DNA of 64,000 nt from Candidatus Pacearchaeota archaeon (GTDB taxonomy: Archaea > Nanobdellota > Nanobdellia > Pacearchaeales > GW2011-AR1). Location: positions 66,556-130,555 of the forward strand of contig VGKT01000001.1 of NCBI GenBank assembly GCA_016866955.1, read 5' to 3'. This document shows positions 56,665-64,000 of this stretch, in pieces. A model generated the notes under the pieces. That model searched no databases. It saw only the letters and a program-made list of their open reading frames with translations, and was not told the origin of the DNA. Positions within the stretch are counted from its first letter, which is position 1. Each line of letters starts with the position of its first letter. Position numbers and translations under genes: made by a program.

Positions 56665-58887
56665 ATGCCTAAAAGAGTGAAAAAGTATCTGCTTATTTCG
56701 CATATTCAAATTTTTTTACTTCTCTCATTGTCAATTACTATCCCTGGATTAGTTTCTGCGACTTCGACAACACCGACGGGAACAGGATTTTCAGAATGGG
56801 TAAGAAGAATTGCAAGCGGTAATGCATTACAGGGGTCAAGCGCCGTAACTATTCAAGCAGGAGCAAGCGTTCCAGCAGGCACGTACTCTTCAGGTACTTT
56901 TAATGTAAATGGCCAATTATTTTCAGCTACACCAACAAACCCTCTTGCTGTTGTAGAATCAAGCGCAGGAACTACCGTTGCAAGTGGAGGACTACCAATT
57001 CAAGGTGCTCCTGCTGCCCCTTCTGTTCCAGGACAAATAACTGCTGATACTGCAATCACCAAGGTGGCTACACCTGGAGCAGCTGCGGGAAGCGCACTCA
57101 TCCAAGGATTATTTTGGGGAGTAGCATTATATGCAGGGATTAAAATGTTAGGCGGATTATTTGGTGCTGGGGAGAAGACTACAAATGCGCTTGCAAATGC
57201 TGCGCTTGTTGGAGGAATAGGGGGTGGAGCGGTTAAGGCGGCTATTTTGTCTTTTAGACCTGAAACAACGGCTGCTTCAAAAGTCAACTTCTTAGGCGGT
57301 TCATTCACGCCCGGACAACTGGGCTTTGGAGCGGGGGTGGCGATTGCAGTGATTGTGTTCTTGGTTATGTATAAAGATACGAAGACAAAAATAGTCAATT
57401 ATCAGTGTTTACCTTGGGAACCTGCATTGGGTGGAGCGAACTGTGGAGAGTGTAATAAGAATCCGTTACAACCTTGTTCTGAATATCGCTGTAAATCATT
57501 GGGACAGGCATGTGAGTTAGTGAATCCAGGGACAGATGCTGAGAAATGTATTTGGAAGAGTAAGAATGACGTGACCTCGCCGACTATTACTCCGTGGGAA
57601 GAAGCATTAAAACCAACTGGATTACGCTATGTTCCTTTAGAATCTCGTCCAAATGCCCGTGGAACGCGTATCGTGAGTGCAAATGGGGATTGCTTGGATG
57701 CGTTTACCCCTCTCGAATTTGGTATTACGACGAATGAACAAGCCCAATGTAAACTTGACTTCAAGAATGCTAATTACAGTGCAATGCAGTTCCTCTTTGG
57801 GGGAAGCAATTACTATGTGACCAATCATACTCAGAAAATGAAATTGCCTTCCGCAACAGCAGGTGATGGTATTGTCTTACAGAATGACGGCACCTTTGAT
57901 TTGTATGTGAAGTGTCAAGATGCGAATGGGAACGTAAATGAAGATGTATATTTGATTGAATATTGTGTGAAGAAAGGTCCAGATACAACTCCTCCGGTGA
58001 TTGTAGATACATCTATTCCTTCAGGAAGTCCGGTACGATTTGGAGCGGACGCCGTACCACTTGAGGTGTATATCCAAGAACCAGCACAGTGTAAATGGAG
58101 TCGGATGAGTAAACCGTATGATGATATGGAACATCTCTTTACTTGTGCGACTTCACCTACTCAATTAAATGGTGATTTAAGTTATACCTGTACGGGCAAT
58201 CTTACCGGCATCAAAGATAGAGCAGACAATCAATTTTATTTCAGATGTCAAGATTTAAGCAATAACACGATGGTGCAAAGTTATCCGTTTGTATTGAAAG
58301 GAAGTCAACCATTGACTCTCCTTGAAACGAGCCCGAATGGAACGTTATATGGTGCAACAACGACGGTACCTGTGACGCTCGCTATTAAAACTGATGATGG
58401 AGCAGAAGCAGGAAAAGCAACTTGTTATTACAGCGCTCCAACTACTTTAGGAGAACCTATCAAGTTTTTCTCTACCGAAAGCTTTACGCATAGTCAACAA
58501 GTTGATGTAGGAGCAGGATTCCATCAATATTCCCTATTCTGTGTTGATGCAGGAGGAAATACGGCAAACCGTACGATTAACTTTACGATGAACATTGATC
58601 AACAAGCTCCGCGAGTCACGCGCGTGTATCGTGAAGAAGCATTAAAGATTGTGACTGATGAAGCTGCGGAATGTGCTTACTCATTGAACAGTTGTAATTT
58701 TGATTTAGATGACGGTATTAAGTTACAATATAGCAAACCAGATGTGCAAAATCAACATTTCGTTGATTGGAAATCAAGCTCGACGTATTATGTTAAGTGT
58801 GTAGACAAGTATGGCAATCAACCTGACCCTGTAGAATGTTCTGTGGTCGTTAGTCCGAAGCAATTTTTGAATGCAACGAATAACTAA
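56665..58887 (+). CDS. Membrane protein paralogous to the C-terminal half of the giant protein (Gly/Ala-rich TM region plus Ig-like repeat domain)
   Basis: YQCLPWEPALGGANCGECN...CSEYRCKSLGQACELVN and LYVKCQDANGNVNEDVYLIEYCVKKGPDTTPPVIV match the giant protein segment by segment. The ATG lies 21 nt after TTTATATA (56636-56643). Confidence 0.65.
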   Translation: MPKRVKKYLLISHIQIFLLLSLSITIPGLVSATSTTPTGTGFSEWVRRIASGNALQGSSAVTIQAGASVPAGTYSSGTFNVNGQLFSATPTNPLAVVESSAGTTVASGGLPIQGAPAAPSVPGQITADTAITKVATPGAAAGSALIQGLFWGVALYAGIKMLGGLFGAGEKTTNALANAALVGGIGGGAVKAAILSFRPETTAASKVNFLGGSFTPGQLGFGAGVAIAVIVFLVMYKDTKTKIVNYQCLPWEPALGGANCGECNKNPLQPCSEYRCKSLGQACELVNPGTDAEKCIWKSKNDVTSPTITPWEEALKPTGLRYVPLESRPNARGTRIVSANGDCLDAFTPLEFGITTNEQAQCKLDFKNANYSAMQFLFGGSNYYVTNHTQKMKLPSATAGDGIVLQNDGTFDLYVKCQDANGNVNEDVYLIEYCVKKGPDTTPPVIVDTSIPSGSPVRFGADAVPLEVYIQEPAQCKWSRMSKPYDDMEHLFTCATSPTQLNGDLSYTCTGNLTGIKDRADNQFYFRCQDLSNNTMVQSYPFVLKGSQPLTLLETSPNGTLYGATTTVPVTLAIKTDDGAEAGKATCYYSAPTTLGEPIKFFSTESFTHSQQVDVGAGFHQYSLFCVDAGGNTANRTINFTMNIDQQAPRVTRVYREEALKIVTDEAAECAYSLNSCNFDLDDGIKLQYSKPDVQNQHFVDWKSSSTYYVKCVDKYGNQPDPVECSVVVSPKQFLNATNN

Positions 58888-58905
58888 AGACTAAGAGAAA
58901 AATAA

Positions 58906-59376
58906 TTACGATTCAATATGCTTCTTTAACGCCTGGAATGAAGGCAATCCCAGTTCATATCGTTGATTGTCAGTAATCGTGCTTTTTTCTGTTGGCCATT
59001 GTTTTAAAATACCTGCTTTGGTACGATATGCTTGTGTACCATATATTTGTTTTTTCTTTCTTAACATTAAAGATTTATCGATAAGTTGTGCTTTCAAATG
59101 AACATGTTTACGATATCCTTTTTTCCGAGCATTATATTCATGAATTTGTGCTTGTTTGTTATCTTGGACGTTCATTGCATGATGCAGGATAAGAGCGGTA
59201 ATATAATGCTCTTTAGCTGAAAGAAATTTTCTATGCAATACTACTCTCTTCAGTTCTTGAATAACTCTTCGGTGCTTTTCATAAAACTCTGCATCGGTAT
59301 ATTTCTGTTCCCCATTTTTGATGAGATGTTGATCTCTACGGTAAAGGGATTCAAAGGACGTAGGTGATTGAGACAT
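58906..59376 (-). CDS. Hypothetical all-alpha protein, last gene of the ATP-grasp operon
   Basis: 156-aa ORF starting 10 nt after the preceding gene. The C-terminal pattern KQIYGTQAY...QRYELGLPS reminds me of an uncharacterised bacterial family (unverified). Confidence 0.35.
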   Translation of the reverse strand: MSQSPTSFESLYRRDQHLIKNGEQKYTDAEFYEKHRRVIQELKRVVLHRKFLSAKEHYITALILHHAMNVQDNKQAQIHEYNARKKGYRKHVHLKAQLIDKSLMLRKKKQIYGTQAYRTKAGILKQWPTEKSTITDNQRYELGLPSFQALKKHIES

Positions 59377-59386
59377 TAGAGATACC

Positions 59387-60007
59387 TCATTTTTCTACAG
59401 AACAGGGAGAGACCTGTTCAAGTTCACATACATAATCAAAATGGGTGTCAAAGAGATCGTTTTCTGCATACTCTACGGTACCTATCCCATTATTATAGAA
59501 CGTGCCTTTCTTTGGTTTGAATAGAATAGAGACTACCTGGTCTTTGAGTTTTTGAGAAAGTAACAATCCAGCAGGAGTAATCGTGAGATCATTCAAGATT
59601 ATCTTCTTTTTTGAAGCATGTATATTCCCCAGTATGGCACATGTTCGTGTAGTAGACAATGATTTCTGAATTGTGTCTGCAAGCGACCTTTCTAACGCTT
59701 CCTGATTTTGTACCTCATTCGGTGCGATATAGAGAACTCTTACATTTTTTGGTAATGCTTTAATCAATTGTATATAGGCAGGACTCAAAAGTCCACTTGT
59801 ACCTATCTTCTGAGCATAAGAAAGCATGTCCTTTAAAGCTATTTCTTGAAATTCTTGAGGTATTTCTAAACAGACGGTAAAATCTTCTTTTTGAGCTAAC
59901 TCTTGAAATAAATGAGAGAGAAGAGCAGGTATTTCATTTGTTCCATGCATTTCTCCGAAAAGAATGAGTTTCTTTCCCCTTATGAATGAAAGCAGTTTCT
60001 CAGCCAT
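59387..60007 (-). CDS. EreA/ChaN-like (Tiki superfamily) putative hydrolase
   Basis: LILFGEMHGTNEIP...FTVCLEIP...ILGNIHA pattern, similar to erythromycin-esterase/ChaN-type GE.HG motifs. At 206 aa it is much shorter than EreA. Confidence 0.4.
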   Translation of the reverse strand: MAEKLLSFIRGKKLILFGEMHGTNEIPALLSHLFQELAQKEDFTVCLEIPQEFQEIALKDMLSYAQKIGTSGLLSPAYIQLIKALPKNVRVLYIAPNEVQNQEALERSLADTIQKSLSTTRTCAILGNIHASKKKIILNDLTITPAGLLLSQKLKDQVVSILFKPKKGTFYNNGIGTVEYAENDLFDTHFDYVCELEQVSPCSVEK

Positions 60008-60008
60008 G

Positions 60009-60965
60009 TTATTCTACTAAATTATTAGTTACCTCACTAGTTACATTGTAGCCTGACTGCTCTTCAAGCCATAACCATTGCCCATTAGGATTAAGTTCTA
60101 AGAAATAATATTTTTTATCTTTTGAATAGATAAAATCAAAGGCACCGAAATGTAACCCATAGTGCATAAGCATAGTGGCACAAAACTCTTTTACTTTTTT
60201 AGGAAGTTCCACTTGTTGGTACGTAACATTTTCAAAATCGTACCGCCGATAATCAATTTTTGATCTTTCAGAGTCTTGAGAATGAATCGCAATTCCCGTT
60301 GTAGTGGTATCTGTTGCAATTATTCTGATTTCAAATTCTTTTTCAATATATTCTTGAAATAACGATGGGTGACTGGAAACAAGTGCAGAATTTCTCATTT
60401 GTGCTTCAGTCACTTTATTAGTATAAACCACCTTATTTCCTTCCGGGGTCCTAATTACTGCCCCTTTCTGTAACTTAAAGCAGATATTTCCCATATGTTC
60501 TCTATAAAAATTTTCTAAATCTGCAGGATCAGTAGTTACAATCGTATCTGGAACAAGCATCCCTCTTTCTAATGCGAATTTAATTTGATGGAGTTTACTA
60601 TTTGCATAAAAATGATTTTGGGGGCGATTTACCACTTTTCCACTATGGGTCATTAATAAACCATCCCACGTCTTCTCACATTCATCAGTTACCAAATCTT
60701 GTAAATCTTTAGGTTGTCCTTTATTTCTATCAGGAATCATCACTCGTCGATTCCAAATATTCCATGAAGAGTCTAATTCGATAGACCTCTGCTTGTCAGC
60801 GAGAGTATAACTTCCATTTTTAGAATAAAATTTTATTTTATAATCGCTTAATAAATTTTCGGTAACAACTGTGAAATTTTCTACGCCTCTCCGATCTAAC
60901 TCCCGTCGTACTGATAAAGCGTGAGGATCATCAGAATAAGTGAGAATTAAAACTTTCTTTTTCAT
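60009..60965 (-). CDS. ATP-grasp ligase of the microviridin MdnC/MvdD (graspetide maturase) type
   Basis: 318 aa. VLILTYSDDPHALSVRRELDRRG...YKIKFYS...WNRR at the N-terminus and FLELNPNGQWLWLE at the C-terminus parallel MdnC as I remember it (VLIVTFSRDNES..., FLEINPVGEFFWLE). Confidence 0.65.
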   Translation of the reverse strand: MKKKVLILTYSDDPHALSVRRELDRRGVENFTVVTENLLSDYKIKFYSKNGSYTLADKQRSIELDSSWNIWNRRVMIPDRNKGQPKDLQDLVTDECEKTWDGLLMTHSGKVVNRPQNHFYANSKLHQIKFALERGMLVPDTIVTTDPADLENFYREHMGNICFKLQKGAVIRTPEGNKVVYTNKVTEAQMRNSALVSSHPSLFQEYIEKEFEIRIIATDTTTTGIAIHSQDSERSKIDYRRYDFENVTYQQVELPKKVKEFCATMLMHYGLHFGAFDFIYSKDKKYYFLELNPNGQWLWLEEQSGYNVTSEVTNNLVE

Positions 60966-60983
60966 TAGTTTTAATGAACTTTT

Positions 60984-61178
60984 TTACCAGTCATCTATTG
61001 TTGGAATACCGCGAAAAGTACAAATCGAACATGTTAGTCCTGCAGTTACATTTGGTTGCTTTTCTAAATACATTTCGGCAAAAGCGGTGTAGTGGGCAGA
61101 AGAGGCACGATATTGATTTGTTCCTAAATTCCCAAGTCTGTTTCCTCCCTCCACTACCTCTTCTAAGGCTTTGTCCAT
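60984..61178 (-). CDS. Candidate graspetide precursor peptide (64 aa)
   Basis: MDKALEEVVEGGNRLGNLGTNQYRASSAHYTAFAEMYLEKQPNVTAGLTCSICTFRGIPTIDDW. It lies 18 nt upstream of the ATP-grasp gene on the same strand and has its own TATA box 21 nt upstream. Confidence 0.4.
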   Translation of the reverse strand: MDKALEEVVEGGNRLGNLGTNQYRASSAHYTAFAEMYLEKQPNVTAGLTCSICTFRGIPTIDDW

Positions 61179-61199
61179 GATTGATCTATCGATTCAAAC

Positions 61200-61207
61200 T
61201 ATTTAAG
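61200..61207 (-). promoter_or_regulatory. TATA box of the precursor/ATP-grasp operon (leaderless)
   Basis: The minus strand reads CTTAAATA(G). The precursor ATG lies 21 nt downstream. Confidence 0.45.
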
Positions 61208-61208
61208 T

Positions 61209-61634
61209 TTATTGGTAATTTGGAGAGATGTTTGTAACGTGTGGTTCGAAGAACTGAGAGAACTTCTTTGCATTGATTTTAGCATCTGCGAGATTTACCG
61301 CCCAAGCAGTACCCGTATCTCGGAGTTGTTCAGGCGTCAGAAACAACCAGCCTTCATAATTGAAGCGGACAGCAATGACGGGGGTGAGGCCGATCATATG
61401 TGCGAAGAGTACAAAATCTTCTATTTGAGCTTTAGAAATGTAAATGATTCGTTGCTTACTTGATTTTGCTTCTATGACATACCCCTTTCTTCCTACCTTT
61501 GCTGCAAGCAAATCACAAGGAGAATTATCATTGACGCCAGAACCTGCGACTCTGACTGCCCGCCAGTTATTATCAGTGAAAATTTGAAGTAACTCTCGTT
61601 CAGCCTTAGAACCCTTTGCTTTGTTTGAAGGCAT
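61209..61634 (-). CDS. hjc: Holliday junction resolvase Hjc
   Basis: KGSKAERELLQIF...AVRVAGSG...CDLLA...YVIEAKS nuclease-fold motifs. Confidence 0.85.
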   Translation of the reverse strand: MPSNKAKGSKAERELLQIFTDNNWRAVRVAGSGVNDNSPCDLLAAKVGRKGYVIEAKSSKQRIIYISKAQIEDFVLFAHMIGLTPVIAVRFNYEGWLFLTPEQLRDTGTAWAVNLADAKINAKKFSQFFEPHVTNISPNYQ

Positions 61635-61635
61635 T

Positions 61636-61803
61636 TTACAAATCCTTTGCTTGCAATGTGCGCCGACCGTTGAGTTTTGCGCGCGTTGCTGCTTTGTCTA
61701 AAAGTTCGAGTACTTTACTATTGAGTGCATCGGCAACTTCAGTGGACACTTGTAAATCAGGAACTGCTGCTTTAATTTTACTTTTTACGATCAGCTCGAC
61801 CAT
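61636..61803 (-). CDS. Small histone-fold-like protein (55 aa)
   Basis: Not in the ORF track. Manual translation gives MVELIVKSKIKAAVPDLQVSTEVADALNSKVLELLDKAATRAKLNGRRTLQAKDL. The ending resembles histone-fold/DUF1931-type proteins. It overlaps the lysS 3' end by 26 nt. Confidence 0.4.
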   Translation of the reverse strand: MVELIVKSKIKAAVPDLQVSTEVADALNSKVLELLDKAATRAKLNGRRTLQAKDL

Positions 61804-63325
61804 CTTTTTTCTCCTCTTTAGATTCTTTTTTTGTTTCTACTACTTCAGGTTTCATAAATGGGAAGAAAATAACATCTCGAATAGAAGGACTATTAGTAAG
61901 AAGCATGGTAATACGATCAATACCCATTCCATAGCCTGCAGTTGGAGGAAGGCCAAGTTTAAGTGCATCGATAAAATCAGTATCCATTGGCATGGCATCT
62001 GCGGAACCCTCTTTGAGAAGCTCGGCTTGTTCTTTCAAACGTGCTTCTTGGTCAAGCGGGTCATTGAGTTCATCATACGCTTTCATTATTTCTGCCCCAT
62101 CAATAATAAGTTGTACTGAATTTATTTTACTTTGATCTTGAGCATTTCGTTTTGCAAGAGCGATCATTTCAACCGGATAATGCGTAAGAAATGTTGGTTG
62201 GATAATGCTTGGACGTACAACTCGTTTATAGAGCTCATCAAGTAACGCACCATAGTGCGTACAAGTACGAATATCAACATCTCGCAACCCTTTCCCTTGA
62301 ATTTCTGCTTTTAATTTTTCATAGGTATTCACTTTATCAATATCTATATCTGCTTCTTTGAGCATAAGATCTCTGAAGGTGACTCGTTTGAAAGGAAGTT
62401 TAAGTGATATTTTTTTCCCTTGATAGTCTATTTCATCTTCTAATGCGAGTGCTTTTTTCAAACGCTTAAATAATTCTTCTGTAAGAGTCATATGATATTC
62501 ATAGGTTTTATAGGCTGCATAATATTCCATCATCGTAAATTCAGGATTGTGTTGTCTATCGATTCCTTCATTTCTAAAATTTTTACATATGGTGAAGACT
62601 CGTTCATATCCTCCAACCACAAGTCGCTTCAAATAAAGCTCTGGAGAGATAGAGAGATAGAGTGAAATATCTAATGCATTCAGATGTGTTTTAAATGGTG
62701 TAGCAGAGGCACCCCCGTAGATTGATTGCAGTGCAGGAGTTTCTACTTCTAAGAACCCTTCTTCTTGTAAATAGGAACGAAGAGTGCCAAGAATGGTTGC
62801 TCGTGTTTCAAATGTTTTTTTGACATCAGGATTCATCAATAAATCTACGTATCGTTTGCGATAGCGTTCTTCTTTATCTTCAAGACCATGCCATTTATCA
62901 GGTAAGGATGCGAGCGATTTAGAAAGCAAGGTAAGGGAATGCACTTCAATAGATAATTCCCCTCGCTTAGTACGAAAGATAGTTCCTTCAACGTTGATGA
63001 TATCTCCTGTGTCAATTGATGTTTTGGTGAAAGCGCTTACTTTTGCAGGCGTGTTTGGTTCTTGAAGGACTATTTGTATGGTGCCCGTGCCATCTCGTAC
63101 CGTTCCAAAGGCAATTTTGCCTAAATCTCGGAAAGCCATAAGTCTCCCTACGATTGCAACGTGTGCTTTTACCGTATGTTCAGGAAGTAAGGCTTTGTGT
63201 TGTTTTTGAAGCTGAGCAGCGGTATGCGTACGAACGCTTTCTTGGGGGTAAGGATTGATTCCTGCTTTTTGCAAGGCCTCTACTTTTTTAAGCCGTTCTT
63301 TGAAAAATTCATCGTGGCGTGACAT
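61778..63325 (-). CDS. lysS: Lysyl-tRNA synthetase, class II, with Lys/Glu-rich C-terminal tail
   Basis: OB-fold N-domain and class II motifs (FRNEGID, GYGMGIDR). The tail is ETKKESKEEKKDGRADRKK. Confidence 0.95.
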   Translation of the reverse strand: MSRHDEFFKERLKKVEALQKAGINPYPQESVRTHTAAQLQKQHKALLPEHTVKAHVAIVGRLMAFRDLGKIAFGTVRDGTGTIQIVLQEPNTPAKVSAFTKTSIDTGDIINVEGTIFRTKRGELSIEVHSLTLLSKSLASLPDKWHGLEDKEERYRKRYVDLLMNPDVKKTFETRATILGTLRSYLQEEGFLEVETPALQSIYGGASATPFKTHLNALDISLYLSISPELYLKRLVVGGYERVFTICKNFRNEGIDRQHNPEFTMMEYYAAYKTYEYHMTLTEELFKRLKKALALEDEIDYQGKKISLKLPFKRVTFRDLMLKEADIDIDKVNTYEKLKAEIQGKGLRDVDIRTCTHYGALLDELYKRVVRPSIIQPTFLTHYPVEMIALAKRNAQDQSKINSVQLIIDGAEIMKAYDELNDPLDQEARLKEQAELLKEGSADAMPMDTDFIDALKLGLPPTAGYGMGIDRITMLLTNSPSIRDVIFFPFMKPEVVETKKESKEEKKDGRADRKK

Positions 63326-63359
63326 GAAGGGTAACGGGAAGCGAGGTTTAAAGGGTTTT

Positions 63360-63635
63360 CTACAGCAATTTAAACTCTTTCATGTCATCTTGCCAACGTT
63401 CAGGTTGTTCTTTAACCTCGTATATTTTTGCATGTGTTGGACCTCGTTTACAAACTGCTACCATTGCATCAACAGATTTACTCTCTCCTTGAATAAAAAT
63501 CTCCATCTTCCCATCATCTTCTCGTTTACGCATAAATCCGACAATCCCGTATTGCTTTGCATGTTGCATAATGAAGTTTTTATAAAACATACTTGAAAGA
63601 AGTCCTGAAATGTATAAACGTACTGCTTTTCTCAT
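63360..63635 (-). CDS. Acylphosphatase-like domain protein (catalytic residues not conserved)
   Basis: 91 aa with the acylphosphatase layout (VRLYISG...GIVGFMRK..DGKMEIFIQG). The V.G.VQGV.FR loop reads ISGLLSSMFYK. Confidence 0.55.
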   Translation of the reverse strand: MRKAVRLYISGLLSSMFYKNFIMQHAKQYGIVGFMRKREDDGKMEIFIQGESKSVDAMVAVCKRGPTHAKIYEVKEQPERWQDDMKEFKLL

Positions 63636-63675
63636 ACTTGTTCTAAGGAAAAGGGATTAAAATGGTTTGCGGTAT

Positions 63676-64000
63676 CTAGGAAAGAGTGTTGGGCATTAAC
63701 GATTGAAGCTCTTTTTCACGAGCGCGTTGTTCTGCTCTCTTTTGATGATAGACTGCTGATTCTTCTAAAAGTCGAAGATGTTGTACATTTTTCCAATCTC
63801 CTTTGTAGAGTTTTGCTGCTTGTTTATCCATTTCTAGTGGATTACCCACAAATAATACTCCTTTATCAGATGCGTCAATGATGGTTGCATCAGGCATTTT
63901 TACTTTTAAAATATCATGAATTGCGTATTTGAGGGGGTGTTCACGAAGTTTATTTTTTGTCTGAGAAAACCAGCCTGCGTAATGTTTTGCAGGAAAAGCT
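63676..64000 (-). CDS. Hypothetical protein, N-terminus outside window
   Basis: The frame stays open upstream of the listed Met to the window edge (AFPAKHYAGWFSQTKNKLREHPLKYAIHDILKVKMPDATIID...). No family recognised. Confidence 0.4.
   Translation of the reverse strand, partial: AFPAKHYAGWFSQTKNKLREHPLKYAIHDILKVKMPDATIIDASDKGVLFVGNPLEMDKQAAKLYKGDWKNVQHLRLLEESAVYHQKRAEQRAREKELQSLMPNTLS

Noticed and set aside
1-64000. CRISPR arrays, rRNA genes, transposases, integrases and toxin-antitoxin pairs
   Set aside because: I scanned intergenic regions and the ORF list and found no spaced direct repeats, no rRNA-like conserved blocks, and no DDE, tyrosine or serine recombinase signatures.

Overview
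This is a 64-kb archaeal chromosomal segment. The information-processing genes are archaeal in type: Spt5, uL11, uL1, uL10, P1, eL43, eL40, RpoP, aIF5A, prefoldin alpha and beta, Hjc, SepF with FtsZ, SecE and RNase J. Genes are tightly packed with many 1-8 nt start/stop overlaps, which fits a streamlined, possibly DPANN-like genome (inference only). First genes of transcription units usually have a TATA-like octamer 20-22 nt upstream of the ATG, implying leaderless mRNAs. Main content: (1) A minus-strand N-glycosylation operon with AglB/STT3, an Alg7-like GlcNAc-1-P transferase, a flippase, a GT2, split Alg14/Alg13-like subunits and a methyltransferase. (2) An S-layer gene with a long leader, plus a small archaeosortase-family gene next to a surface protein that has a C-terminal anchor. 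(3) Two visibly AT-rich islands, one for zinc uptake (znuABC plus a COG0523 GTPase) and one carrying glycosyltransferases. (4) Two loci encoding proteins with archaeal class III (type IV pilin-like) signal peptides. The second locus is an RHH-led, translationally coupled module with very large cysteine-rich membrane or secreted proteins of no recognisable family. The module is duplicated and shows a fusion/fission relationship. (5) A four-gene operon with a microviridin-type ATP-grasp ligase directly preceded by a 64-aa candidate precursor peptide, i.e. a putative archaeal graspetide RiPP cluster. Two tRNAs are present (Pro-UGG, Ser-UGA). I saw no rRNA, CRISPR array, transposase or integrase. 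All calls rest on reading the sequence and remembered family signatures; no database search was possible.
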